DNA of 57,515 bases from Gammaproteobacteria bacterium (GTDB lineage: Bacteria > Pseudomonadota > Gammaproteobacteria > SZUA-229). The position numbers were made by a program, and so were the translations under genes. The stretch's first letter is position 1; the number at the start of each line of letters is the position of its first letter. Shown here in pieces: positions 45,586-54,020 of the stretch. Location of the stretch: assembly GCA_041592495.1 (NCBI GenBank), contig JBFHPZ010000001.1, positions 1 to 57,515 of the forward strand, written 5' to 3'. The notes beneath the pieces are model-generated. The model did no database searches, was not told the origin of the DNA, and worked only from the letters and a program-made list of their open reading frames with translations.

Positions 45586-46767
45586 ATGTTTTACCACCTT
45601 CCTCCGGTCGGACACCCCATTCAGTTTCGCGGTTGCCAATCAGATAGCCGGGTGTTTGGCCGTGCTGTCGCGCCTTATCAATTCCGATTTTTTGCTTCTG
45701 GTACTGCCTCCCTGGCGGCGGCAATTCAGACTGCGATCAGCAGGAAACAAACGCCGTCGCGGCCGGAGGTGCTGTTGCCGGCTTATGCCTGTCCTGACCT
45801 GATCAGCGCGGTACTTTTTGCCGGAGCCAGACCCGTGCTGGTTGATCTGATACCAGACCGGCCCTGGATGGACCTGTCGCAGCTGGAGCGCAAGTTAAGC
45901 GCTAACACAGTCGCTGTCATTGCTGTGAATTTCCTGGGTATTCTGGAGCGTCATGCAGACATTCGCGAACGTCTCGAAAATCGAAATGTGTTACTTATTG
46001 AGGATAGCGCCCAGGCGTTTCCGCGCAAGGAGGAAAGCGATTTCTGGCAGGGCGATCTGGTGGTCGTCAGTTTTGGGCGCGGCAAGCCGGTAAGCTTGCT
46101 GGGTGGGGGTGCACTGCTTTTCCAAGAGGATATCGCGCCATTTGTACCCTCATCATACAGCCGGCCCGGGACGCACGGGCTTGACCGGGCTAAATTTTAT
46201 CTGAAGGCGACGCTATACAATCTGCTCATAGATCCACGTTGGTACTGGCTGCCAGAGGCTCTGCCGGGGCTCCGTCTGGGCGAGACCCGGTATCACCCGC
46301 TTGAGGCTTTGGAAGGCATGGCAGGGGAGTATGAAACCATTCTGGCCTGTAATCTTGAGCGTTATCAGATTCGTCCGTTGACGGTCCAGCAGTCTGTGCA
46401 GGAGAAGATGCGGGCTTTTGAAACCAAGGGCCGAGATATTATCGATTTGCCGTCACGGATTGGCTTACCTGCCACTCGTGCGCTATTGCGTTACCCGGTC
46501 CTGGTACCGGCGGAGGATCGCGAAGCCGTCATCCAGGCGATGCAGGGGGCCGGAATGGGAGCGTCGCGTCTCTATCCCAGTGCATTGCCAAGTATCCCCG
46601 GCGTTGATAATATGCCTGAAATTTCAGGAGAATTTCCAGTGGCCGAAGATTTCGCCCGGCGCCTGGTGACGTTACCTACCCATGGGTTCGTATCGGTTGA
46701 GGATATTCAGACCCAGCTTGGGATTCTGGAAAATTACATCACGCGATGTGAATGTTACAACGATTAA
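45586..46767 (+). CDS. DegT/DnrJ/EryC1/StrS-like PLP-dependent aminotransferase family protein
   Basis: LLPAYACPDLISAVLFAGARPVLVDL...VIAVNFLG...LLIEDSAQAF...VVSFGRGKPVSLLGGGA, with the putative PLP Lys in GRGKP. Its ATG abuts the preceding TGA (TGAATG). Confidence 0.65.
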   Translation: MFYHLPPVGHPIQFRGCQSDSRVFGRAVAPYQFRFFASGTASLAAAIQTAISRKQTPSRPEVLLPAYACPDLISAVLFAGARPVLVDLIPDRPWMDLSQLERKLSANTVAVIAVNFLGILERHADIRERLENRNVLLIEDSAQAFPRKEESDFWQGDLVVVSFGRGKPVSLLGGGALLFQEDIAPFVPSSYSRPGTHGLDRAKFYLKATLYNLLIDPRWYWLPEALPGLRLGETRYHPLEALEGMAGEYETILACNLERYQIRPLTVQQSVQEKMRAFETKGRDIIDLPSRIGLPATRALLRYPVLVPAEDREAVIQAMQGAGMGASRLYPSALPSIPGVDNMPEISGEFPVAEDFARRLVTLPTHGFVSVEDIQTQLGILENYITRCECYND

Positions 46768-46784
46768 CTAAGGGGGCTTTCCAG

Positions 46785-47417
46785 ATGAATAAGATATTCA
46801 AAGCAGCAATGATTTTCGTGGGTGCATTGAGCCTTGTTGCTTGTGCAAGTAATGCCAGCAGACCAGCCAAGAGTGCCGCCGAGGCCCAGGTGGCAAACAG
46901 CGTGCTGGTCGAGTCCTACCAGATGTCCGTGGGTGACCAGATTCAGGTCAACGTCTGGAAGAATCCGGAATTGTCCGTGTCGGCGCCGATTCGCCCCGAC
47001 GGTAAAATTGCCGTGCCCTTGATCGGTGACGTCATGGCGGCTGGCGTATCGCCCGAGTCGCTGGCCAAGACCATCGAAAATGAAATGTCCGCCTACGTTA
47101 AAAATCCCAATGTCACGGTCATCGTCACCGGACTGATTGGCCATTCTTTCCTGTCGCGGATTCGCGTGACAGGCGCGGTCGCTTCCGATGTTTCCATGCA
47201 GTATCACCAGGGTATGACAGTGCTGGACGCTGTTCTTGAAGCGGGCAGCCTGGATATTTACGCTGACGCCAACCGTACCCGTCTGCATCGTCGCACCGAT
47301 ACGGGGCAGGAAACCTATGAGATTCGCCTGAAAGATATTATGGAAAACGGTGATATGAGTACTAACATTCCGTTGCAGCCGGGTGACATCATTACCGTGC
47401 CGGAAAGCAACTTCTAA
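46785..47417 (+). CDS. Wza-like polysaccharide export lipoprotein (EpsE-like, PEP-CTERM-locus type)
   Basis: Lipobox GALSLVA|C. Poly_export motif YQMSVGDQIQVNVWKNPELS...IRPDGKIAVPLIGDV, and SLBB-like RVTGAV...GMTVLDAV. ATG 46785 follows AAGGGGG. Confidence 0.85.
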   Translation: MNKIFKAAMIFVGALSLVACASNASRPAKSAAEAQVANSVLVESYQMSVGDQIQVNVWKNPELSVSAPIRPDGKIAVPLIGDVMAAGVSPESLAKTIENEMSAYVKNPNVTVIVTGLIGHSFLSRIRVTGAVASDVSMQYHQGMTVLDAVLEAGSLDIYADANRTRLHRRTDTGQETYEIRLKDIMENGDMSTNIPLQPGDIITVPESNF

Positions 47418-47451
47418 CTGCTCATACGTTATTTTAATAAGGGAGTTACCC

Positions 47452-48744
47452 GTGAAACAGAGCGTCTATCTACTGGCAAGTGCCATGGCCTCATTAAGTC
47501 TGTTGACCTCACCAGCCTATGCGCTGGATTTTAGTGGCGAGGCCAGCGTCGGGCTGGAAAATACGGATAACTCCCTGCGTACAAGGACGAATGAGCAGGA
47601 TGAACTGATTGTCAGTGCAGGTGTCAGTGGCCGGCTGCAGGAGAACACGGGCGCGTTCACTTCGGATATCAGTGCTTCTGTTTTTCAGGATCACTACACC
47701 GAGGATACCTTTGGCGATGAAACCAACTTTAATCTTCGCGGCATGGCCAATTGGGCCATTGTGCGCGATCGGGTTGATTTGATTGTTCAGGATTTCTACC
47801 AGCAACGCGATATCAATTCCCTGGCCAGTTCGACACCTAACAACACCCAGGACACCAATGTGTTCTCGATCAGTCCGGTGATGCGTTTCGCGCTGGCCAA
47901 TCGCCATCAGCTGACGGTAACGCCCGCTTTCCGTGATTTCTACTATGAAGAAACTATCGAGGATAACCAGCAACTGGCCCTGCAGGCCGACTGGCTTTAC
48001 CTTCTGAATCGCACCATGAATGTTGGCGCCGGGGTAAATTTCGCCGAAACCGATTACGAGGATAACGCATTAAGTGATCACACCATTACCAGTCCATATG
48101 TGATCGTATCGGGTGAAAGAGCCAAATTTGATTATCGTCTGAATGTGGGTACCACGGAAATCGACCGCGATACCTTGCCCGATGAGGATGGCAGCATGGC
48201 CGATCTGTTTGTCAGCTACGGCAAGACGGATCGTTCGCGAATAACATTGCGCCTGGCTTCGATCCTGACCGATGCCAGCAGCAACCAGTTTGATTCGCTG
48301 ACTGCCATAGAAAACGGTGATTTCGATAATGAACAAATCACGTCTGATGTCCTGCGCAATGAAGTAATGCGATTGCAATATAATCTTAATCAAGATCGTT
48401 TATCCTCTAGCGCCTGGGTGGAATTGCGGGATCTCGATTACAAGGTGGATAACTCGCTGGATCGAGAGGTGCAGGAGTTTGGCATCAATCTTACGTATAA
48501 CCTGAGCAGCCTGATGTCGGCTTCTTTCAGGGCAGTAAGTCGCGATACTGACGTTACCCTGACAAACCGTAATGATGATGCCATGTTGCTGGGCGTGGGC
48601 ATGGGCTATCGGTTGTCGCGCCAGTTGCGTACTTCCCTCGACATTAATTACTACGATGAAGAGAGTTCAACGTTGGCAGGTAGTGAATACGAAGAAACCA
48701 GTATTGTCTGGCGTTTGGCCTACGCTTTTGGTCGAGTTAGATAA
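47452..48744 (+). CDS. Outer-membrane beta-barrel protein of the PEP-CTERM-associated type
   Basis: GTG 47452 follows GGGAG. Signal peptide MKQSVYLLASAMASLSLLTSPAYA|LD. The pattern is alternating and beta-rich, and the gene sits directly after the exporter gene. Confidence 0.6.
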   Translation: MKQSVYLLASAMASLSLLTSPAYALDFSGEASVGLENTDNSLRTRTNEQDELIVSAGVSGRLQENTGAFTSDISASVFQDHYTEDTFGDETNFNLRGMANWAIVRDRVDLIVQDFYQQRDINSLASSTPNNTQDTNVFSISPVMRFALANRHQLTVTPAFRDFYYEETIEDNQQLALQADWLYLLNRTMNVGAGVNFAETDYEDNALSDHTITSPYVIVSGERAKFDYRLNVGTTEIDRDTLPDEDGSMADLFVSYGKTDRSRITLRLASILTDASSNQFDSLTAIENGDFDNEQITSDVLRNEVMRLQYNLNQDRLSSSAWVELRDLDYKVDNSLDREVQEFGINLTYNLSSLMSASFRAVSRDTDVTLTNRNDDAMLLGVGMGYRLSRQLRTSLDINYYDEESSTLAGSEYEETSIVWRLAYAFGRVR

Positions 48745-48996
48745 TTCAACGAAAACAGATAGTTGACAGAGTGTCGTGAAGGCATAACTTGTCAGGCATG
48801 TCTTTCATTTATTTTTTTGATCTCGTTCACATTTTGGAATCATCCACCTCTTAAAGATGATTGTTCATCCGCCGCTGAATGGCGGAGAGCAATTTATTAT
48901 TTTGTACTAGACTAGAATTCTGTTTAGAAGGAATCGTTATGTCTGGTGCGATATGGATTTCATATTTGCAGTATTTGATCAGGTGGGGGATTCCGG

Positions 48997-50463
48997 ATGA
49001 GCGAGACGGGATATCAACATGAATTTGGAAATGAGCACATGAGCTGGTCGATAAACCGCTTTATTAGCCCATCCACTCAATTTTTCCAGCACCACATTCC
49101 AACGGCTTTCGTACTACTGGGCTTTGTTGAGTTTGCCTTGCTGGTCGTGTCATTTTATATCGGCGTGGAACTCCGTTTTGGTGAGGCGCACGTCCTTTTT
49201 GATCAAAAATCGCTCAGTTATTTCCCTAAAAGTCTCATGTTCGCGGCGTTTATGCTGGGCGGGCTGATCGCCTTTGGTAATTATCAACGCCATGCCGAAC
49301 AGTCCAAAGAAGTGACAGCGCTCCGCCTGGGTGTGGGCTTGCTGATTGGGCTCATCCCGTTAATGGTGAGCTATTACGTCAGTGAAGCTTTCTTCCTGGG
49401 TCGAGGTGTGTTTGCAATTGCTTCAGTGTCCTCATTTATAATTCTTTTCATTACTCGTGTTTTCTTTGAAAAAATTGCGAGTGAAGACCTCAAGCTGCGT
49501 GTACTGGTTCTGGGTGTGGGAAGACATGCGCGAACCATTGCGAATTCCGTTAAAAGCGGCGAGCTCAAAGGACTCAATATACTGGGCTATCTCCCCGTGC
49601 CTGAGGAAAACAACGAGGTAACTGACGAAAGAATTATTCACGGCAACAAGTCGCTGCTGGATATTGTCGCTGAAAATGAAGTTGACCAGATTGTTCTCGC
49701 GGTGCGCGATCGGCGCAAGTCATTGCCAATACAGGAAATCCTCGACTGCAAAATGAGTGGTGTTGATATCCTGGATCCGCAGACATTCTTCGAGCGAGAA
49801 ACGGGTCAAATTCGGCTGGATATGTTGTCGCCAAGCTGGCTGTTTTTGTCTGAAGGTTTTCGTCAGACAACAATGCGGCGCCTGGTTAAGCGCTTGATGG
49901 ATGTCTTGCTGGCACTTGCACTGTTGCCATTTCTTTTGCCTTTCATGGTAATGACTGCTTTGGCGATCTGGATTGAGAGCGGTTTTCGCGGGCCTATTCT
50001 CTACAAGCAGGTCCGGGTTGGCGAGAATAATGTGCCGTTTTCCATCGTCAAATTCCGTAGCATGCGCATGGATGCCGAGAAAAATGGTGCACAGTGGGCA
50101 TCCAAGAATGACAGTCGCATTACCCGTGTCGGCGCGGTGATCCGTAAAACCCGGCTCGATGAACTTCCCCAGTTGTTCAATGTGCTCAAGGGGGAAATGA
50201 GCTTTGTCGGACCCCGTCCGGAGCGTCCTGAATTCACCAGTGAGCTTGAGCAGAATATCCCCTATTATTCAGAACGGCACCGTGTCAAACCTGGCCTGAC
50301 CGGGTGGGCGCAGATTCGTTTCAGTTATGGTGCTTCGGAAGAAGATGCGTTACAGAAACTGCAGTACGATCTGTATTACGTGAAGAATTACGGCATTTTG
50401 ATGGATATTCTGATTCTGCTGCAGACTGCTGAAGTGGTTTTGCTTGGCAAGGGCGCGCATTAA
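48997..50463 (+). CDS. Priming undecaprenyl-phosphate sugar phosphotransferase (EpsB/WbaP-like bacterial sugar transferase)
   Basis: N-terminal TM block, a central Rossmann-like region, and the C-terminal KRLMDVLLAL...PILYKQVRVGENNVPFSIVKFRSM...DELPQLFNVLKGEMSFVGPRPERPEF. Confidence 0.85.
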   Translation: MSETGYQHEFGNEHMSWSINRFISPSTQFFQHHIPTAFVLLGFVEFALLVVSFYIGVELRFGEAHVLFDQKSLSYFPKSLMFAAFMLGGLIAFGNYQRHAEQSKEVTALRLGVGLLIGLIPLMVSYYVSEAFFLGRGVFAIASVSSFIILFITRVFFEKIASEDLKLRVLVLGVGRHARTIANSVKSGELKGLNILGYLPVPEENNEVTDERIIHGNKSLLDIVAENEVDQIVLAVRDRRKSLPIQEILDCKMSGVDILDPQTFFERETGQIRLDMLSPSWLFLSEGFRQTTMRRLVKRLMDVLLALALLPFLLPFMVMTALAIWIESGFRGPILYKQVRVGENNVPFSIVKFRSMRMDAEKNGAQWASKNDSRITRVGAVIRKTRLDELPQLFNVLKGEMSFVGPRPERPEFTSELEQNIPYYSERHRVKPGLTGWAQIRFSYGASEEDALQKLQYDLYYVKNYGILMDILILLQTAEVVLLGKGAH

Positions 50464-50469
50464 GCCGCG

Positions 50470-50733
50470 ATGCAATGCGCCGTCTACAAGGGTCGTAAAA
50501 AGCAGGATACCTATCTCTTCGTGGAACAGGCGGATGATTTTTCCCGTGTTCCCGAATCGCTTATTGCCATGCTCGGTGAATTAGAATTTGTCATGGAGCT
50601 GTCGCTGGAATTTGATCGACAGTTAGCCAGAACCGATACCCAGAGCCTCAAGTCGGCGATTCTCAATCAGGGGTTTTATCTCCAACCTCCACCGGGAGAT
50701 ACCCTGCAGATGGTAAAAAAATCCGGTTTCTAG
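50470..50733 (+). CDS. ycgL: YcgL-domain protein
   Basis: MQCAVYKGRKKQDTYLFVEQADDFSRVPESL matches the YcgL family N-terminus. Confidence 0.7.
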   Translation: MQCAVYKGRKKQDTYLFVEQADDFSRVPESLIAMLGELEFVMELSLEFDRQLARTDTQSLKSAILNQGFYLQPPPGDTLQMVKKSGF

Positions 50734-50821
50734 CTGTTTCAGCATCTACCGATAAAGCCTGTCGCGCATTGATTCAGGCTCGCGCTAGAATATATATCCC
50801 CTTTTCATTATTTGATCCTCC

Positions 50822-51601
50822 ATGGAATTGATTGACACAATCTGCCATTTGGATGTGCCGGAATTTGCTGATGATTTGCAGGCGGTACTGGATGACGCCC
50901 GGTTACATGGAGTAACGCGTTTTATCCTGGCGGGTATTTCTTCGGATGGCTGGCCTCGGATGAGCAAGTTGGCTTCCAGGCATTCCGATATTCATCCCGC
51001 TTATGGTATTCACCCTCAGTTTATTGCCGGTTCGGTTGATAATGAACTGGTGCGATTAAATGCTTACCTTGAAGGACACCAGGCCGTCGCAGTGGGTGAA
51101 ATTGGCCTGGATTATTTCGAGAAATCGGCAGATAAACAACGCCAGCAACAACTCTTCGAGGGCCAGCTCAAAATCGCCGCGCACCATGATTTGCCGGTTA
51201 TTCTTCATGTCAGGAAAGCACATGAAGATGTATTGCGTAGTTTGAAAACAGCACATATTAAGGGTGGCACCGCGCACGCCTTTAATGGTTCCTATCAGCA
51301 GGCAACCCGTTACATTGACCTGGGATTCAAGCTGGGCTTTGGTGGTATGCTCACCCATGAACGTTCACGGAAACTGCGTGAGCTGGCGGTCAAATTGCCC
51401 CTTGATGCCATCGTTCTTGAAAGCGATGCGCCGGACATGGCTGTTGCTAGCCATCGGGGAGAACGTAACAGTCCGGCATACCTGATAGAAGTTGCAACAG
51501 TGCTGGCGGAAATCAAGGGTTGTTCGGTAGAAGAGGTTGCCCGGCTGACGACCGAGAATGCATGTAATGTATTCAATCTGCAGCCTGATCGAATGAGGTA
51601 A
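50822..51601 (+). CDS. TatD-family metal-dependent hydrolase
   Basis: IDTICHLD, GEIGLDYF, PVILHVR, GTAHAF and LESDAP form the TatD/YjjV-type motif series. Confidence 0.85.
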   Translation: MELIDTICHLDVPEFADDLQAVLDDARLHGVTRFILAGISSDGWPRMSKLASRHSDIHPAYGIHPQFIAGSVDNELVRLNAYLEGHQAVAVGEIGLDYFEKSADKQRQQQLFEGQLKIAAHHDLPVILHVRKAHEDVLRSLKTAHIKGGTAHAFNGSYQQATRYIDLGFKLGFGGMLTHERSRKLRELAVKLPLDAIVLESDAPDMAVASHRGERNSPAYLIEVATVLAEIKGCSVEEVARLTTENACNVFNLQPDRMR

Positions 51602-51611
51602 ATATGTAATT

Positions 51612-52277
51612 ATGGATTTTCCATCTGGCATATTCCCTACCGGCCTGCTGATCATAGCCAACATCCTGTTTGTCTTGCTGTTGCTGTATGCGCTTGTCAC
51701 CGCTCCCGTCACTCGCCTGCGTGACAATAATTTTAGCCATCTGGTTTTTGCTTCAACGGTGGCCATTCTGATTCTCTGGAATATCCGCGCTGGCATTTAT
51801 CCCGCAATACATTTCCATCTGCTGGGAGTAACTACTTTTACGCTGATGGTTGGCTGGCGCTTTGCCATCATTGGTGTCACGCTGGCACTGATCGGAACCA
51901 CCGCCTATGGCCATGGCGGCTGGGAAACCCTGGGGCTGAATGGCTTGATCATGGGCGTGCTGCCCGCACTGTTTACGCATTGGCTGCTGGAAGTGGCGCA
52001 GCGTCGCCTACCACATAATTTTTTCATTTATATTTACATCAATGGGTTTCTTGCCGGAGGGTTGGCAATCTGCGTGAGTGGATTTACCACAGCGGCATTG
52101 TTGTGGTCTCTCGACATACATTCCTTCGATTGGCTGGGATATCAGTATCTGGCTTTTTTCCCTTTAATGTTCTTTTCCGAAGCCGTTCTCAATGGCATGA
52201 TTACCACCATGTTGGTTGCGCTGCGGCCGCAATGGATTCTAAGTTTCGACGATCGACTCTATATCGACGGTAAATAA
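51612..52277 (+). CDS. Integral membrane protein (possibly CbiM/NikM-like fold)
   Basis: Six to seven TM segments. HFHLLGVTTFTLMVGW is loosely CbiM-like. The family call is weak. Confidence 0.4.
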   Translation: MDFPSGIFPTGLLIIANILFVLLLLYALVTAPVTRLRDNNFSHLVFASTVAILILWNIRAGIYPAIHFHLLGVTTFTLMVGWRFAIIGVTLALIGTTAYGHGGWETLGLNGLIMGVLPALFTHWLLEVAQRRLPHNFFIYIYINGFLAGGLAICVSGFTTAALLWSLDIHSFDWLGYQYLAFFPLMFFSEAVLNGMITTMLVALRPQWILSFDDRLYIDGK

Positions 52278-52288
52278 AATCCCTGACC

Positions 52289-53509
52289 ATGACTGATTCG
52301 ATACGGCAATATTTGCTGATTACTGGCAATTATTGGGCTTTTACCCTGACCGATGGCGCCCTGAGAATGCTGGTAGTTTTGTATTTCCACGCGCTGGGAT
52401 ACACGCCATTGGAAATCGCGCTTCTGTTTTTGTTCTACGAATTCTTCGGTGTGGTCACTAACCTGATGGGAGGATGGCTGGCAGCGCATATCGGCCTGAC
52501 AAGGACCATGCAGATCGGCACGCTGTTACAGATAATTGCGTTGCTGTTGTTGACCGTGCCGGACGACATGCTCAGCGTGCCTTATGTAATGGCCGCACAG
52601 GCAATGTCCGGTATCGCCAAGGATCTAAACAAGATGAGCGCTAAATCGAGTGTGAAAAGCCTGGTGAGCGCGGGCAGGGATTCGCGGCTGTTTAAATGGG
52701 TTGCGGTGCTGACCGGTTCAAAAAATACGCTCAAGGGAGCCGGTTTTTTTCTTGGTGGTTTTTTGCTTGCCACGCTGGGGTTCCGCAATGCGCTGTATGC
52801 ACAGGCAGGATTACTGGTGCTGGCCTTGTTAATCACGCTCGCGGGCCTTAATACCGAGTTGGGTAAAACCAGGGCAAAGCCGAAATTCTCTCAGCTGTTT
52901 TCCAAGAGCAAAGCGATTAACGTGCTGTCCGGAGCGCGTTTCTTCCTGTTTGGCGCGCGCGATATCTGGTTTGTAGTGGCACTGCCGGTGTATCTCAGCA
53001 GCCAGTTCGGCTGGGGGCATAGCCTGGTGGGCGGTTTTCTGGCTGCCTGGGTTATAGGTTATGGGTTTGTCCAGGCCAGCGCACCCCGGTTCATTCGTCA
53101 CTCGCATGAAGGACGTGGACCGGATGCGGTTACGGCGCAATATTGGGTTTTCCTGTTGACCGGCATTCCGGCCGTAATGGCCGTGATGCTGGATCAGGGT
53201 GCCAACGCGCAGTGGGTGGTAATCGTCGGGCTGATGATTTTCGGGATACTCTTTGCCATGAATTCGGCCGTGCATTCCTACCTGATTCTGGCTTATTCGG
53301 AAGACGACAAGGTTGCGCTGGATGTGGGTTTTTATTACATGGCGAATGCCGGAGGGAGACTGGCAGGAACCGTGATATCGGGGTGGTCTTACCAGTCGTT
53401 GGGTCTGGAAGGCTGCTTGTTGTTATCATCGGGATTTCTCGCGGCGAGCTACATGGTCAGTCGTGCCTTACCGCCGCTTTACCGAGATGAGCTAAAAACT
53501 GCCCCATGA
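52289..53509 (+). CDS. MFS transporter, ArsJ-like family
   Basis: The N-terminus QYLLITGNYWAFTLTDGALRMLVVLYFHALGYTPLEIALLFLFYEFFGVVTNL closely resembles the ArsJ-type MFS signature as I remember it. No arsenic-resistance neighbours are present. Confidence 0.55.
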   Translation: MTDSIRQYLLITGNYWAFTLTDGALRMLVVLYFHALGYTPLEIALLFLFYEFFGVVTNLMGGWLAAHIGLTRTMQIGTLLQIIALLLLTVPDDMLSVPYVMAAQAMSGIAKDLNKMSAKSSVKSLVSAGRDSRLFKWVAVLTGSKNTLKGAGFFLGGFLLATLGFRNALYAQAGLLVLALLITLAGLNTELGKTRAKPKFSQLFSKSKAINVLSGARFFLFGARDIWFVVALPVYLSSQFGWGHSLVGGFLAAWVIGYGFVQASAPRFIRHSHEGRGPDAVTAQYWVFLLTGIPAVMAVMLDQGANAQWVVIVGLMIFGILFAMNSAVHSYLILAYSEDDKVALDVGFYYMANAGGRLAGTVISGWSYQSLGLEGCLLLSSGFLAASYMVSRALPPLYRDELKTAP

Positions 53510-53886
53510 ACAAGCCTGTGCAATCTCCCTGGATTTTCAATGTCGACTTCGAGGATTTCACCGCGAAGGTCATTGAGCGTTCTCAGAGTTCTCCAATACT
53601 GGTCGATCTCTGGGCTGACTGGTGTTCACCCTGCCGCGTAATTGCACCGGTGCTGGAACGGATAGTGAACGAATACGATGGCAAACTGCTGTTGGCCAAG
53701 GTCGAGGTAGACGAAGGCGAGAACATGAAACTGGCCGGACACTACCAGGCGCGTGGCTTTCCAACCGTGATGCTATTTGAGTCCGGAGAGGTGATTGGGC
53801 GCTTCAGCGGCGCCAAGCCAGTTCACTTTATCCGGGAGTTTATTGCCGATCACAGCCAATTTTTGCAAGAAATTGATAAAGCATAA
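53506..53886 (+). CDS. Thioredoxin-family protein
   Basis: VLVDLWADWCSPCRVIAP (WCxxC active site) and GFPTVMLF. It overlaps the upstream stop by 4 bp. Confidence 0.8.
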   Translation: MNKPVQSPWIFNVDFEDFTAKVIERSQSSPILVDLWADWCSPCRVIAPVLERIVNEYDGKLLLAKVEVDEGENMKLAGHYQARGFPTVMLFESGEVIGRFSGAKPVHFIREFIADHSQFLQEIDKA

Positions 53887-54020
53887 ATCTATAACTTATT
53901 GTTATTAATAGGCTCAATATTTTTTTACAGCGTCATTTAGTTGGCGCTCGCGTCAAAACCTGTTAGTCTCCAGTGACAACAATATCTTTCATGGGGAGTA
54001 AGCCCGCCAGGGTGATCGAA

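Noticed and set aside
45314-45724. 136-aa and 99-aa - strand ORFs over the GT2/DegT-like junction, and similar antisense ORFs at 46764..47288, 47509..47973, 48070..48393, 52829..53275, 30528..31055, 23857..24276, 19566..20063 and 7126..7482
   Set aside because: All lie antisense to, or out of frame within, genes that have clear family motifs. Their Arg/Pro/Gly-rich or otherwise featureless translations suggest chance ORFs in GC-rich DNA.
48868-48886. Short hairpin tccgcc-gctgaat-ggcgga followed by a T-rich stretch downstream of the beta-barrel gene, and a similar weak AT-rich hairpin at about 31991-32010
   Set aside because: The stems are only 6-7 bp and the U-tracts are interrupted. They are possible weak terminators but are not supportable as features.
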